A DNA stretch of 64,000 nucleotides from Klebsormidium nitens (taxonomy: Eukaryota > Plantae > Klebsormidiophyceae). The notes under the pieces are model-generated. The model was given only the letters and a program-made list of their open reading frames with translations. It was not told where the DNA came from and did not search any database. Numbering within the stretch: the first letter of the stretch is position 1; every line of letters begins with the position of its first letter. The stretch lies in NCBI GenBank assembly GCA_000708835.1, contig DF237307.1:32120-96119 (forward strand), given 5' to 3'. The translations under genes and the position numbers were made by a program. Below are positions 34,101 through 46,719 of this stretch, piece by piece.

Positions 34101-35149
34101 CTTGAGCAAGCCCAGCACCATGCCGCGATTGTGGGGGAAGGTGCGCAAGCATGTCACGAGCACAGCCGTGTTGAAGAAGGTGGCGCCGTTGGTCCCTGCC
34201 AGCGGCAAGGACAAGGACGGGACAGTCAACGGAGGACACAGCAGAGGTGAGCCGGGGATACTTTGAAGTGCAGGGCCTCTTCGTGGCCGTCATCTACCAG
34301 GTCCACAAAAGCATTCAAGATGCTGCATAGATTGAAGCTGCTTGGATGAGCAACTTTGCCACGAAATCTGCGAAGACATTGCGCCTTGGTCCAGCTTTCA
34401 AACAATGATAGGACAGAGGTCCCTTGCGTACCTAGGCAAATGAGGATACTTGTTCCCCACAGTGGCGGTTCCGGAATCTTTGCCGTAACGGCCAGCCAGA
34501 GGCCCAAGTAGCCCGCGAGGTTCTGGGTGGCGCCTATCAGTAGAAGGGCCCATGCTGGCAGCACATCGCACAGCACGCCTGACAGAATGCCCACATTGCC
34601 GCCCACGTCCTTGGCCACCGCCAAAGTGTCCAGCCGCGTCTGCAACAAAGCATGCCTAAACAAGTGACATCCTTGATGACCCGAATGCCGGCCACCTTTG
34701 CACCAGACACCATACCAGATTCTTGAGCTTGTAACATAGGATGAGCCCAACCCTCAAGCCCAGAAAGTTACAGCGCGCCCTCAGCATTGCGCGGCCTTTA
34801 CTGGGGTCTCGTCCAAGCCAGCTTCTGGATTAATACATAACCACACCATGATCAACATTCTAATCTCTTGCAGATTGCTCTTCATCGATGAAAAAGCCAC
34901 AGCATCTTGCACATGGGCACCCACCGCCCGGTGCGCAATCTGGCGTTCCAAAACTCCAGAATCCAATGAACCCTGACTCAGGGCCAAGTGGGCGATGCAG
35001 GGGTTGGTGTGCTATACCTGGTCATACCGCAGCTTGTCTTTAATTGCGGCGCTGTAGATGGCGAAGTTGTACGAATTGCCCCCACACGACTGGATCCACA
35101 TGCAGGCCACCAGCAAGCCCCACTTGCTGGCCAGCCCAGCTCCCGCCAT
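31121..35149 (-). CDS. Nodulin-like / NFD4-like MFS transporter. Exons 35149-35018, 34639-34432, 34195-34035, 33781-33593, 33397-32937, 32354-32173, 31961-31761, 31575-31121
   Basis: Contains WIQSCGGNSYNFAIYS, LAVAKDVGGNVGILSG, FFNTAVLVTCLRTFPHNRGMVLGLLKGFIGLSGAIF, DFWLL, NVWSFLGRI, SELFGLAHFGTLYN, GWIYDKEA and CSGAHCFRLTF, all typical nodulin-like MFS motifs. Confidence 0.92.
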
Positions 35150-35965
35150 TAGTGCACGCTCGTTCTGCAGCACGTCACGTTGCAGCTGCCAGGAATGCTC
35201 TCGATTGCACTGCAAATGGGCTGATGCGGCGGTCAATGCTGACTGAACAAAAGGGCAGGAAGTCACAGATCAGAGTGAGCCAATTTGCCACCATCCTTGG
35301 AGCACGTCAATGGTGCGATTAGGGTGAGATTGCACAGGATGGACCTTGGCGCGAGAATCATGCTTGACGAAGTGTCCCTGTGCGCCACCAGCACATATGT
35401 ACAGTACTCGGGCCAACGTCGCTGCAATGCCTAGGTACTATTATTTTGATCGTCTCTGTTTGAATGGTGCTCAGCGGCCATCAACCAGACCCTCCAGGCC
35501 CTGGCCCTGGGCCTCAGGCTCCACTTCTGTTCATGCCAATGGTTGAAGCGACCATCTGCAACAATAAGAGGAAATATTAGGATTTATCGAACAGTCGATG
35601 GATCGATTCATTTCAAACAGAATTCGAAAATGAGGATGTTTTGTAGTCCTGTCAAAGCCGCTTTCTAAATCAGGTTCACCACGATTACTTAACATATTGG
35701 AACGGGAGGCAGAGCCGTTATATGCATTCAAGGGATCCCTGCCTCCACCTGAGGCTCTAGTCTGACAAAGAAAGCAGAACAATGTCAATTTGCAAGTTCC
35801 AGGTTGAACTCGGAAATTGAACGGCCCGTGCAGATTCGAAACACTTCTGCCATTCCAAACAATCTTGTGTCTCACTCCAAACAAGGTCGCAGCACTTCCG
35901 CCAACGTTTGAGTCGTGGGTGCAAAGGACCTTGCATTTGGCTTGCAGCATTGTTCACGATCCAGA

Positions 35966-38403
35966 ATGGTGGGCGAGTTCCTGAGGAGGAGGAAGCCAGA
36001 AGCGTCAGCAAACCACCCTGCTGAAGGTGCTGCTCTGCTTCCTGATGGGGCGTCTTCCGCTGACGATGATTCCAAGATGGTCCCTGTCTGGGCGGAGCCG
36101 CTCTTGTGTGGCAGCAAGGCGGCTCACCCGCAGCGGCCGTGCCTGGGCGGCGAGTGTGAGCTGCTGCACTTGCCGGCCAGCTGTGTGGCCCGCGCGTGCC
36201 GCGTGCCGCGCGGGGGCCGCGGCATGGTGGTGGTGTGCGCAGGGCCGGAGCGCTCCGGCTCCACCTGGCTCTTCAATGCAGTGCGCCTCATCCTGCAGGT
36301 GAGCAGCGTCGCGCCAGGTTTGGAATAGGAGGAGCAGGAGGAGGAGCGGTGGCAGCCAGCCTGCGGGCTCGTGTGCCAAGATGTTACTCGTTTTTAGGGT
36401 TAGGAGTGAGGGTCCACTTGTGAGGGCTTCATGGCTTCATGGCTTGGACATCTATTTCTCGCCTGCTGAACCTCGGTCTCGCCGCGGTTCTATTGACTAG
36501 AAGTAAGGCACTTCCGGAGTGGGATTCTCCACAAGAATATGACCATGGGCGGCACTAAACAAGACTTGCATAAATAGCACACGGGCTTAAGGACTTGACA
36601 TCAAATCGTACACCGTTTAGACGTCTGACGTTGCGCAGAGCGCAGGTTTACACCATGTTGGGGCAGGGCTCAGGAGTCCAGCAAAGGAAGCATTACACCG
36701 TCCTATCTGCAGTACGGCTAAGCCAAGAGCACGCCCAGCCCTGCATTAGGTGCTCACTTCTTGACAATACTGAATGAAAGCGTTGCTGGGGTCAGTGTGC
36801 GCTCCCAGCAGAACTCTAGTTGTGTCTTGCTCCCCTGCGCAGGCTACGGGCGAGCGCGTGCACAGTTACTGGATCCAGCATCTGACGCAGAGTGTGCTTG
36901 TGAAAAGGTGAGGCACCGCGTCTCAATTCTGTTTCCGCATGCCAGCGTTTCATGGATGGGTAACTCAGAATGCTGGTTACTGGAGCAGCTGTAGCCGTAG
37001 CTGTATACCACCACCACTCAGCCCGCGTCAATATGTGACATCAGAGTCAGACTCTCCAGTCACAGTATGTACCGGTATCCCCCAATCAGCCTGGCGCACC
37101 AAAATATCCACCGTGAGTGGATGCTTATACTGAGCTACGGCAAGGGTATGTAAACGTCACTGCTTCTTGTCCCTCACTCTCGTCTGGCCCCAAATTTTCT
37201 GTGCACCACTCACCCACCACTTCTACCTTCATGATTGCGCAGTCGCGGTTCTTTCATGACTGGCCTTGTTGCAACCTCAGCCAGACTCTTCATATGGACT
37301 CTTCGTCGTCCAACCTCCCAACTATCCTCGAGGCTTGCTTGGAGCCAAAGTAAATGCTAGTCAGACGACTTCCACAATCCACATTGAACGCCTGGCTCTG
37401 GTCACAAGTACCTGCCCGCTTGCTCTCACTCCATGTCCTTGCTTGTGGCAGGGGCCTGTGCAGGACGGGCCCCGACGCGGCACACGTGGTGGTCAAGACG
37501 CACCACTGGTCGTCCGAGTGGGACCCCGCCAGCGTGGACGTCATCTTCCTGACGGAGCGCGACATTGCGGGGGTCGTCCGCAGCTACCTGCGAGTTGGCT
37601 GGCTCAGCCCTGGCCTCGAGTAAGCCCCGCACACCCAGCAGGCGGGGCGGCGGAGGAGGCCGCTGGCAGGCTGGGCCGACCAGGGTCAGGCAATGCGTAC
37701 ATGTGCTCTGGTGGCTTTGAGCTGCATGAGCTTCTGCTGCACTGATTTTCCATACTATTATGTTTGAAGTGGTCCTAACAGCCGTGTATCAGCCAAGCGC
37801 TTGTTCGTAGTAGTGCCAGCAAATGCCATCAGCAGAAGAGTCTGGAAGGAGTCGAAGGGGACCCCTTGTATGGCCCTTCTTTTGGCCCCGTACAAATTTT
37901 CAAAAGATGGTCGAACATGAGAATCGTTGTGCACTCAATTGTGCCCCTGTAGCATCCTGGTGTGTCCTCTCTGCGGCCTCTCCACCCTGAAAGAGACTGG
38001 CTGCATCACCGTACGCTCCGCTGAGCCGTGTCATGGGCGACCGTGCAGTCACATCGTGCCCGTGATGGAGCAGTACGTGGCGGAGCATGCCAAGTGGAAG
38101 GCCATCTGCACGCAGGTCGTCCCCTTTGAGGCTATCTCCAACCCCAGCGCAGCTGAGCGGGAGCAACTTGCGGCGCTGGGCCGCCGCATCTTGCCAGAGG
38201 GCGCCGTAGTGGACTATGACGCCATCTCCGGGCAGGTCGCGGCGCTGCCCGTGCCCACGCACCACATGGACGTCGTCTCGAAGCTGTGGCCCGCGCATCT
38301 GAGCAGCCGAGGGCCGCTGACTCGGGAGCCCGTAGGCAAGCTGTCAGAAGCGGAAGCAGTGGAACTAAAGCAACGCCTAGCGCCACTGCTTGTTCAAAGC
38401 TAG
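35966..38403 (+). CDS. Sulfotransferase-fold / P-loop protein. Exons 35966-36298, 36843-36907, 37452-37619, 38049-38403
   Basis: Contains VVVCAGPERSGSTWLFN (5'-PSB-like), VVVKTH and IFLTERDIAGVVRSY (3'-PB-like). Splice phases 0, 2, 2 are consistent and exon GC is high. Confidence 0.7.
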
Positions 38404-39159
38404 GAAAAAATGTCCACTTCGTAAGTGGCCACTCGGACTGGTAGGAACCTAGTTGCATCCGTAAAGCTTGTATGTGAACAGATCATGAAAGAGGGTATGG
38501 AAGCTATTGTGGAAACCGGAGTGGGCCTCTACAGGCAAGGCAGGTAAGTATATAGACGCAACTCGAAGGCTTACTTAGGTCGCTATGTAATCGAACACAA
38601 TCTAGGCTAGCAGTGGTATAGTAGACGGTAAGCTTCTGAGTTGCGTGCAGAAGGTGATGGCGCTTGTGCAGATAGGTAAGTTGTGTAGGTAAACACATTT
38701 GCAAGTTGTAGTAGCTCTGTAGTCCTTGTACCTTTCAACGGGTAGGCTGATCTTGGATGCGATCAACAAACAAGGGATCCAACGAAGATTGTGGAAACGA
38801 TCGAAACTAATCAGGAGTTAGGCCGGACCCCGAAGTTCGAACCGACCTGCGCGCCGGAAAGGGTACTAGAGCCTGGGAGAGTCCCAAAACTGCGGGATTG
38901 GTTCCCTACTAGCTCCTTCCACGCATTCTAGCATTCTCATTCCGGTTATACTAGGGTCCCATCTTGTGCATGTGACGATTTCGCTCAAGAATTGTCGTTG
39001 ATTCGATATGTTGTTTTATCTAGTAGTCTTGGGGGCGTGCACCCTTTATAAGAATCTTGCCATGGCTGCCGCCATGGTTCCGGCTGGACAATCGATAGAA
39101 GCTCTACCTTCTTCAATCTCAATACTCTCCGCGAACTTAGTGCGTGTTCAAATCTTTGC

Positions 39160-39243
39160 AGACAGCCTTCCGAGGATGAGAAGAAAAGCGCCTTTGGAAA
39201 AAAGACAGCCTTCCGAGGATGAGAAGAAAAGCCTTTGGAAAAA
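39160..39243. repeat. Tandem duplication, about 43-bp unit x2
   Basis: agacagccttccgaggatgagaagaaaag(cg)cctttggaaaaa occurs at 39160 and 39203, differing by a 2-nt indel. Confidence 0.9.
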
Positions 39244-40206
39244 GAGACACGCAAGTCTTTCAATCGGTTATAGCTTGTCCTATATAACACATGCAAGCGA
39301 AAATCAAAATGATAGGATTGGGACCGTTATATGAATGGCATGTGAATTTGGTTTCGGACGGCCCATGGTTTACAAGACACACGTTGGTATAATGATTATG
39401 ATTCAGCGGTGCCGCTGCATGCATGGTTGAGCAATTCAGACTCAAAGTGTGCAGACCGCCGGGCCGGAGAAGCATGATAAGGAATAATGAATGATAATTG
39501 CCTTTTGCTGATTGCTTTTCGCTACGGCCAAATTTAATATAACGACATCTCGACTACTGGCTAAGGAGCTTTGAGTTTCTGGCCGATTGCGCGTACATAG
39601 TTAGTACCGTATAGGACCACTGAGATTGGTTCATGTGTTAGACCCATGTTAGATGGCATTGTAAGGAGATGTTCAAGGCTATATGCAATATTGCGGCTTT
39701 ACATCACGCGTTGACTCGGGGTTGACCGAATAGACTCGCGAGTCTATTGGGCCGCGGCGAGACCAATTGCGAATCGCTCATGGGTGGAAAATTTATCGTT
39801 GCGCGCGCATGGTCTCTTTCCATTATGCTGCATTTGTATAGCCGAATATGCCATAAAGGTTCTCATGGCATGTCGGATCAGGTTTTTCGTTCTAATAATG
39901 TGCGATAGTTTTGAGGAACATGACAGGCTTGCAGCCACAGCAAGCTACAGAGTCCACATCTAATTACTCCGGTCCTGTCGGAGACCGTGCTCCATGGCTC
40001 TTATGTCTCGGCTACGCCATGGGTTACTGCTACCACCGGCGACCCTTTGCTGAATGCGCTTCTGCGAGGCGCGGCGGTATGCTCATTTGAGTACTTCACA
40101 AATACAGACTTATCTTGATCATCTCACATTGTTCTTTTGTCAAACGCTGTAGCCACACGGGCCATGGCCCATCACGATCAACACTGGAAGTTAGGTAGGT
40201 AGATAC

Positions 40207-41425
40207 CAGTGTTTCCCCTAATTATTTTGATTGCTGGCCGCCGGGCCGGCCGGGGCCTGAGTTTGCCGGGGCCCGGCCCGTTGGGCCGGGCCGAGGTCGC
40301 CATTGCCGGCCCAAGTTCCGGCGAAATATATGGTATTTCTGCGCGTACACCCCATATATTCGACTTTTTTAATGATTGCTCCAGTTTCGCTGTCTTTCAT
40401 AAGTCTCTAGCTTATCTACGTGTAAAATTATCGACCAACTTCCTACCTGTCCTACCGAGGGATTCATTTCGGGCTACCTAGTTGTGGCCAGAAGTCCCCG
40501 GGGGAAGGTTTTTTTTGACCAGAACCTTCAAATCTCCTAAAATCCTGATCGTTGTACACAATGAATACGATGACAGGTCCAGCAATGAACTTTCATTGCC
40601 GGCCCAAGAGGCCGGCCCNNNNNNNNNNNNNNNNNNNNNNNNNNNNNNNNNNNNNNNNNNNNNNNNNNNNNNNNNNNNNNNNNNNNNNNNNNNNNNNNNN
40701 NNNNNNNNNNNNNNNNNNNNNNNNNNNNNNNNNNNNNNNNNNNNNNNNNNNNNNNNNNNNNNNNNNNNNNNNNNNNNNNNNNNNNNNNNNNNNNNNNNNN
40801 NNNNNNNNNNNNNNNNNNNNNNNNNNNNNNNNNNNNNNNNNNNNNNNNNNNNNNNNNNNNNNNNNNNNNNNNNNNNNNNNNNNNNNNNNNNNNNNNNNNN
40901 NNNNNNNNNNNNNNNNNNNNNNNNNNNNNNNNNNNNNNNNNNNNNNNNNNNNNNNNNNNNNNNNNNNNNNNNNNNNNNNNNNNNNNNNNNNNNNNNNNNN
41001 NNNNNNNNNNNNNNNNNNNNNNNNNNNNNNNNNNNNNNNNNNNNNNNNNNNNNNNNNNNNNNNNNNNNNNNNNNATGGGGACCGGTGTGCCTTCTAGATT
41101 CTTCAGCTGCCCCCACCACTATACAGAGCTTCAAGCAGTGCAACCAGCCTGCATGCATGCCTGACACATCAGCCTAACGCGAACTTCGTCAAGAAGAGGA
41201 GTGCCTGCTCCGACGTACGTGGTGTGCAGGTGTGCAGGAAAATCGCGAGACGAGGGCCCGCAAGGTGCCACCCGCCGATGCATGCAGCTCGCAGCCAATC
41301 ACAGGGCCGAGCTACGGACGTCATTAATGCTTCGACCAGTATGCGTGCATGCAGGCGGCCGGTGAGCCGGGCCAGCCTGCAGTGCACACTGCAATGGATG
41401 GCGATAGCAGGAAACAGCTTCCCTG
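40207..41425. mobile_element. Candidate non-autonomous hAT-like element spanning the assembly gap
   Basis: An identical 8-mer gtagatac sits immediately before CAGTG (40199-40206) and immediately after CCCTG (41426-41433). Both ends fit YARNG, and the interior has GGCCGG/GGCCC-rich subterminal repeats. The TIRs are imperfect and the centre is unsequenced. Confidence 0.4.
40619..41075. other. Assembly gap (457 N)
   Basis: Run of N. Confidence 1.
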
Positions 41426-42113
41426 GTAGATACCTACAGCAGTACGGCACAGGCTTCCCTAGGGTCATACGGTACTGACAGGACCTCGACTCTCTTGTGG
41501 GAGACTGATTCGTCCGATCTGCACAGCCTTCATTTTTCCAATCTGAAAGCGGGCTTTCAAATTAGCTGTTCCAGGACGCACCATTCCAGGGCTGCTTGGA
41601 GGTGGCTTCGCCTTTGCCTTCTCGAAACAGTTGAGAGCAACCGTTGCAACAAGGTGAGTTTGTCCGCTGGTAAATCTCGCTGGACGCAGCAGGTCGCTGT
41701 GAAGTTTCTTGGTCACAGAGCAGAGGGTACCGGTTTACTCATTTCCTTTCTATGGAACTTTCAATCGAGATCGACTGTATGCGCGGTGCTGAAGCTCTTC
41801 CCTGAGTCACCAAGTCAGTTAGCTGGTTTGTTGACAGTTTGTAGATGTTGGGGAGCGTCTAGCCAAGTTTCTACGAATCACTTTAGTGGTGTACGATTGT
41901 AGCTGGAAAGTATAACAGCAGCGATGAGTACAAGAAAAGATAGTGTGTAGATGTGTTCCACTGATGTACTTTGAAGTGGACGTTGTCTGGTGACTCATCG
42001 TGTCTCCTTCCTGTACTGCAGTCAGTCCACCACTTTATCAAAAAGTCTTTTACTACTGTGTTGGTTCGTTTTGCTTTTACTGAAGTCATGGATCCGTCCC
42101 CTTGCTTGTGCAG

Positions 42114-45064
42114 ATGGCGGCCTTAGTGTGGGCTGTGGCTGCTGTGCTGTCCCTGAGCTGTGTGTCGGGGCAGGTGACCAACAGCCTGGCGGGGCAGACC
42201 CCCATTGTGATGAATGGCGCCGTGCTGCCAGACAACACCTTCGTGGGCAGCACCTGGGCGCAGGTTGCAGGTAAGGCTGCGGTTCGTGCTCCTGCTGTGA
42301 GTTGCCCTGAAAGGTGCATGCAACCCGTTGTCAAAAGCGCCTCTCTTCTTCTTTGCAGCGGCAGTGCCCAGACGTCCCGCCTGCCTATGTTTCTCTTCTC
42401 TTTGTCTGCTTCTGCTCTTGCCCCTCAATGTTGACATATTATTGTGAATGCAGCTGGAGCAGGCGCACTGCAGAGCTACACCGACTTCGACCTGTACAAC
42501 TTTCTGGTGAACACGGAGTGCCTTGAGGCCGAGTTCGACAGCGCGGCCACCTTTGGCGTGCCGCTGGACCCACTGCTGCAAGCGGGGGGCTCCGGAGCCA
42601 TTGGCGCGCGTCGGGCTAACATTAGTGCGGACATCCTGCCGTTCCTGCAGGAGACGGCGCGGGATGAGGCAGGGCATGTCAGGTATGTAATCACGACCTT
42701 TGGGGAATGAGTTTATACCGACATGATCATCTGCGGATTGTTTGCTGAAGCCGGTGTTACAGGACTTGCAGTTAATTGCAATTGCGGTTGATCCTTGAGT
42801 CTCAGGTTACTTCTCCCCCAAGTCTCGCCTCTAAGAAAAGTTGTGAATGGCACGTTACTAGAAGTGGGCACTTTCACGAGTTTTCATGGAAAATGTTCTG
42901 GTGAAGTTTCGTGGGACTTCGTGCCTGCAGATTGCATCCTTAAAAAAAGAGGCAGGAGGTGTTTTTACCGAAATCATGAAGGTTTCAGCGAAATGTATGG
43001 CGAATGTACGGCAAGGCATTGCAATTGGCTAAAGCGCAGCGTCCGTTTGAGGTTGGAGCATCCAGCAGGGTCGATTTAGAGAAGATTTCAAAATGCTTAA
43101 TTGGCCTGTATACTTTGCTTCGAGGGCCGAAGATTGCCAGTTGGTCAAAGTCAATTCGTGGACGACCGGAAATTGCCGGTTTTTAAATGTCGATTCGTGG
43201 ACGAAGTCGGCTTGTTTTTCAAGGTCGATTCATGGACGAAGTCGGCTTGCTTGAATCGGTTTCGAAATGGACATCTAAGTTTGACTGCAGTAAGCGAACG
43301 TTTCTATCTGAATAGATCTCGCCTGCTTGCGTTGGGCCGATTGGCCGTTGACGATCTGCAAGACTGATCTGTTGACGTCTTTGCCGCAGGTTGATTCGCG
43401 AGGCGCTGGGCCCGCTGGCGTCGCCGTGCCCGCTGGTGAACATTTCCGCGTTCGGCACCTTCTTCGCCAACGCGTTCAACACGACGTACCCCACGGCCTT
43501 CGACCCCTTCGCCAACAGTGTCAACCTGGTGCTCGCCATCTGGAGCCTCGAGGAGATTGGGGCCACCGGCGATAAGGTACGGTGGCTTGCAGCAAAACAT
43601 TTCGGGTCAATGTCTGAGTGTGGGGGAATTTGTGTATTGTTGGAGATGTACGAGGTGGAACTTTTGTCTCTTGTGCACAATATCCGCGTCTTGTGAGCCG
43701 GTTTTTTGGGTTTATACGAAGAAAGTCATATGAGGTGTTATCTTCGTCATTTTACTGACATTCGGTTGTTACGCAGGGCGTGGCAGTGCTTCTCCAGAAC
43801 GCAACCCTGCGTGACGGGGCTGCGGGGCTTGCTGTCTCCGCCGGTTATCAGGCATCCTCGCAGAGGTTTTACCTGTGGCAGAACCGCGACGTCATTGTGC
43901 AGCCATTCGGCGTCAGTGTGGCCGAGGTGGTGCAGGCCATATCCAACTACCGCGACTCTCTCGACGGGCCCGCAGTAAGTTTCGCAATGAAAGATGGAAA
44001 GGTTCTTTATTCAGCGTGGCGAATGCACATGGTGTCAAGGTCACGGAATGGTCACAATCCTTACTTGATGCCGCTGGTGCACATATACGCCATACCTGGA
44101 GAGGATTGGAATCCCGCTTTTACATAGCAGGCAAAGTTGGTGTGGTGGTGCTTTCTTGACTCGCTGCGCTTGCTGCGCCTGCTGCTTCTTATGCCGCCGT
44201 ATGTTGTGTGTGCAGAATGTGGACCAGGGGCTGTTCTTCGCCGGCGGCATCAACATCGTGCCCACCGATGGGAACGGTGTTACCTTCTCACGTACGCCGC
44301 AGCAGGTACATTGCCCTTTTGAGCACCCCCCGTCCGCATGACCACTTCGCCGTGCAGTGTCTGTGACAGCCAATCTTTACATCATGCTTTCGCTTTTTGC
44401 GAGGCGTTTATTCTCCTTGGTTTTCATGTACTCATCAAATCTCCCTTTGGTGCAGGTTCTCAACATTTTGACGTGCGGCGCGCCTGACGGCCGTGGATGC
44501 TTCTTCCCCGACGGTGTGAACGGGCGCATCAACCTGCCCACCCCGCTCGGCCCGCAGTACGCAAGCACGCGGCCGGGCACCAACTTCAGCGCCTTCTCCG
44601 GAACGGGCTTCGCGAACCCCAACACCCTGGAGCAGCCCGACAACGTGTCCACCATGGCCGACCCGCCCCCGGGCAGCCAGGCCCCCGCCACCCTCCCCGC
44701 CACCGCCGTCGCCGTTGGGCAGCCCGTGCCCAACTCCCCGACCCCCGTGTCAGCCGCTGCCCCTTCTCCCGCCACCGCTTCCGCCGTCACTCCCGCCGCC
44801 GCTCCCGCACAGAGCCCGAGCGCTGCAAGCCCCAGCTCCAGCCCCAGCGCCGCAGGCCCCAGCTCCAGCCCTAGCGCAGCAAGTCCCAGCTCCAGCCCCA
44901 GCGCCGCAGGCCCCGGCTCGGGGACAACCGCACCCGCCCCCACCTCCGGTGTATCCACGGTGGTCGCGCCTGTGGCGACGGCAGCCGCAGGGAACGGCAG
45001 CGCCTCCACCGACGGCGCTAACTCCACCCCGGCCCCATCCTCAACCGGAAGGAAGATGATCTAA
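42114..45064 (+). CDS. Secreted desiccation-related protein PCC13-62-like (ferritin-like domain) with a Pro/Ala/Ser-rich AGP-like C-terminal tail. Exons 42114-42270, 42454-42682, 43390-43576, 43777-43974, 44216-44306, 44456-45064
   Basis: A signal peptide is followed by DLYNFLVNTECLEAEF, ETARDEAGHVR, FDPFANSVN, QAISNYRDSLDG and NIVPTDGNGVTFSRTPQQVLNIL...GCFFPDGVNGRI, then AP/SP/TP-rich repeats. Confidence 0.88.
43133..43249. repeat. Degenerate intronic tandem repeat (35-39 bp period, 3 copies)
   Basis: gtc(a/g)attc(g/a)tggacga occurs at 43150, 43189 and 43224. Segments 43189-43214 and 43224-43249 are 25/26 identical. Confidence 0.8.
44819..44914 (+). repeat. Coding 27-bp repeat x3.5 (SAA[S/G]PSSSP)
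   Basis: Units start at 44819, 44846, 44873 and 44900. Confidence 0.9.
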
Positions 45065-46719
45065 TGGGAAGGGGGAAGTGGAGATGTATTTATTGCAAAG
45101 GCACGCTTAAAGTAGGTGTAGTTTTGTCTCGGCTTGCTCAATTCTTCAGCAAGTGGGACGGTTTTGCTCTCATCAATTAGGAAATAAGGTGCGCAAAGTC
45201 TAGCTTATTGAGAACTGAGTAGATGTTGGAACATATTGAGGCGGAAATTTTTTTACCAGTACTCTGCAATGTATCCATCTGAAAAGGAAATGAAGTGAAT
45301 AAAAACTTCTTGTGACGCACTCGCTGTAGATGCATATATTAAAAAGCAGAAAATCGTCTTACAAAACAACGGTATGTCGGAATAATCAAGTTCTCAGAAA
45401 CTGATGTTTTCTTTAGTGCATTCCCTTCTGTGTTGTACACGTATGCACACAGACTTATCGTAATGCCTGTTGCAAAGAAATGCTAGTGGAGTATACCTCA
45501 GGATATACTTTGTGCACATTTTATAACAGGTAGCCTGTATCAAAACACCTTACATGCTATAGAAATGCATCAAATCCTTACCGTTTTGTGACATATGCAT
45601 CAAATTTGGTGACAAGCGACATGCAGAGTTAATATATATTACAGTTAGGATAAAAGAGGCTGAACATCATGTATTAGAACCGCAAACTTGAGCACAAACA
45701 TTTTTATGAGTGCACCTCGTTGGGTACCATTTTTCTGCGTGTATCTGTTTATACCATAAATCTGCGGGCGGCCTTTCAATCAAGGCAGACGTCGACTCGT
45801 GTATATTGAAAGCTGGAATTATACAATTATACAAGAGCTACATCGGAAGGTGGTACGTCCCTGCTTTGTCTGTACACCAACATAATAAGGCTAGAACTGA
45901 AGCCTGGCTTCAACTCTCATACGGAGCTGGACATTGTTTACTACGTGGGGCATTCGGGCCTCAGACTAGTTCGCCAGTTCAATTATATCATTCTCGCCAG
46001 GTTCGTCGATAATTCCGGCCTAGTTGACACAGTAACATCCCGCAAATAACAAATAGCTCTTTGATATTATGGAAAACATGCATATTGCCACGGAGACATG
46101 CATCGCTCTTCGTGGCATGATTACGATGTAAACGCTCAGTACATCTGCATGTAGCAGAGAGTCTAGCCTGTTTGACCGTTTAGGAATGCTATGCGTTCTT
46201 CTGTCGACATGAAGGAGGCACAACAGATACAATAAAACAGAATGATTAGTGAAGGATTACATGTCTCGAACACCGGCACAGTAAGCAGAATCCGATCTGC
46301 TCATAAAAATACTCGGTAAAGATAAGACACACAAGGTGTACAACGTATGCTAGTATGTGGCTGTGCAAAACTTTGCCAACACATGCCTGCGACTCCATCA
46401 TCCAAGATGCGGCAGAACTTCCATGCAGCCACAGGTAGACCTAGGCTATGATGGCCACAGGTCGCCCTGTAGTGCCTGTCAAAATCGGCATTTGGACAAT
46501 CACTTGGAGCACATCGGCTGGCGGCACAGCCTGCTCTCAGCTGCAGGTAAGCGGCGCTTCAGTCATTCCTTCACGGCAGTTTTACACTGCAGCTGCGGCT
46601 GGCGTTTTTATGCCCGAGGTGGGAGCGTCCTTGACGCGACCTTCCTGCCTGGTCAATCACCCCGCCTCCCAGCCCCGGTCAGCTCGTGCCGCTTCTGCTT
46701 AGCCGCCGACCTCTGCACT

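Noticed and set aside
39008-39334. 108-aa ORF spanning the 43-bp duplication
   Set aside because: No homology recognised, AT-rich, and no splice or codon support.
43133-43249. CRISPR-like repeat-spacer pattern
   Set aside because: The repeats are degenerate, the spacers are similar to each other, there are only three units, it lies in a eukaryotic intron, and there are no cas genes.
22564-45064. Stress-gene cluster (SEP4, PRODH, desiccation protein)
   Set aside because: The genes are interspersed with unrelated ones and share no regulatory feature that I could see; most likely chance.
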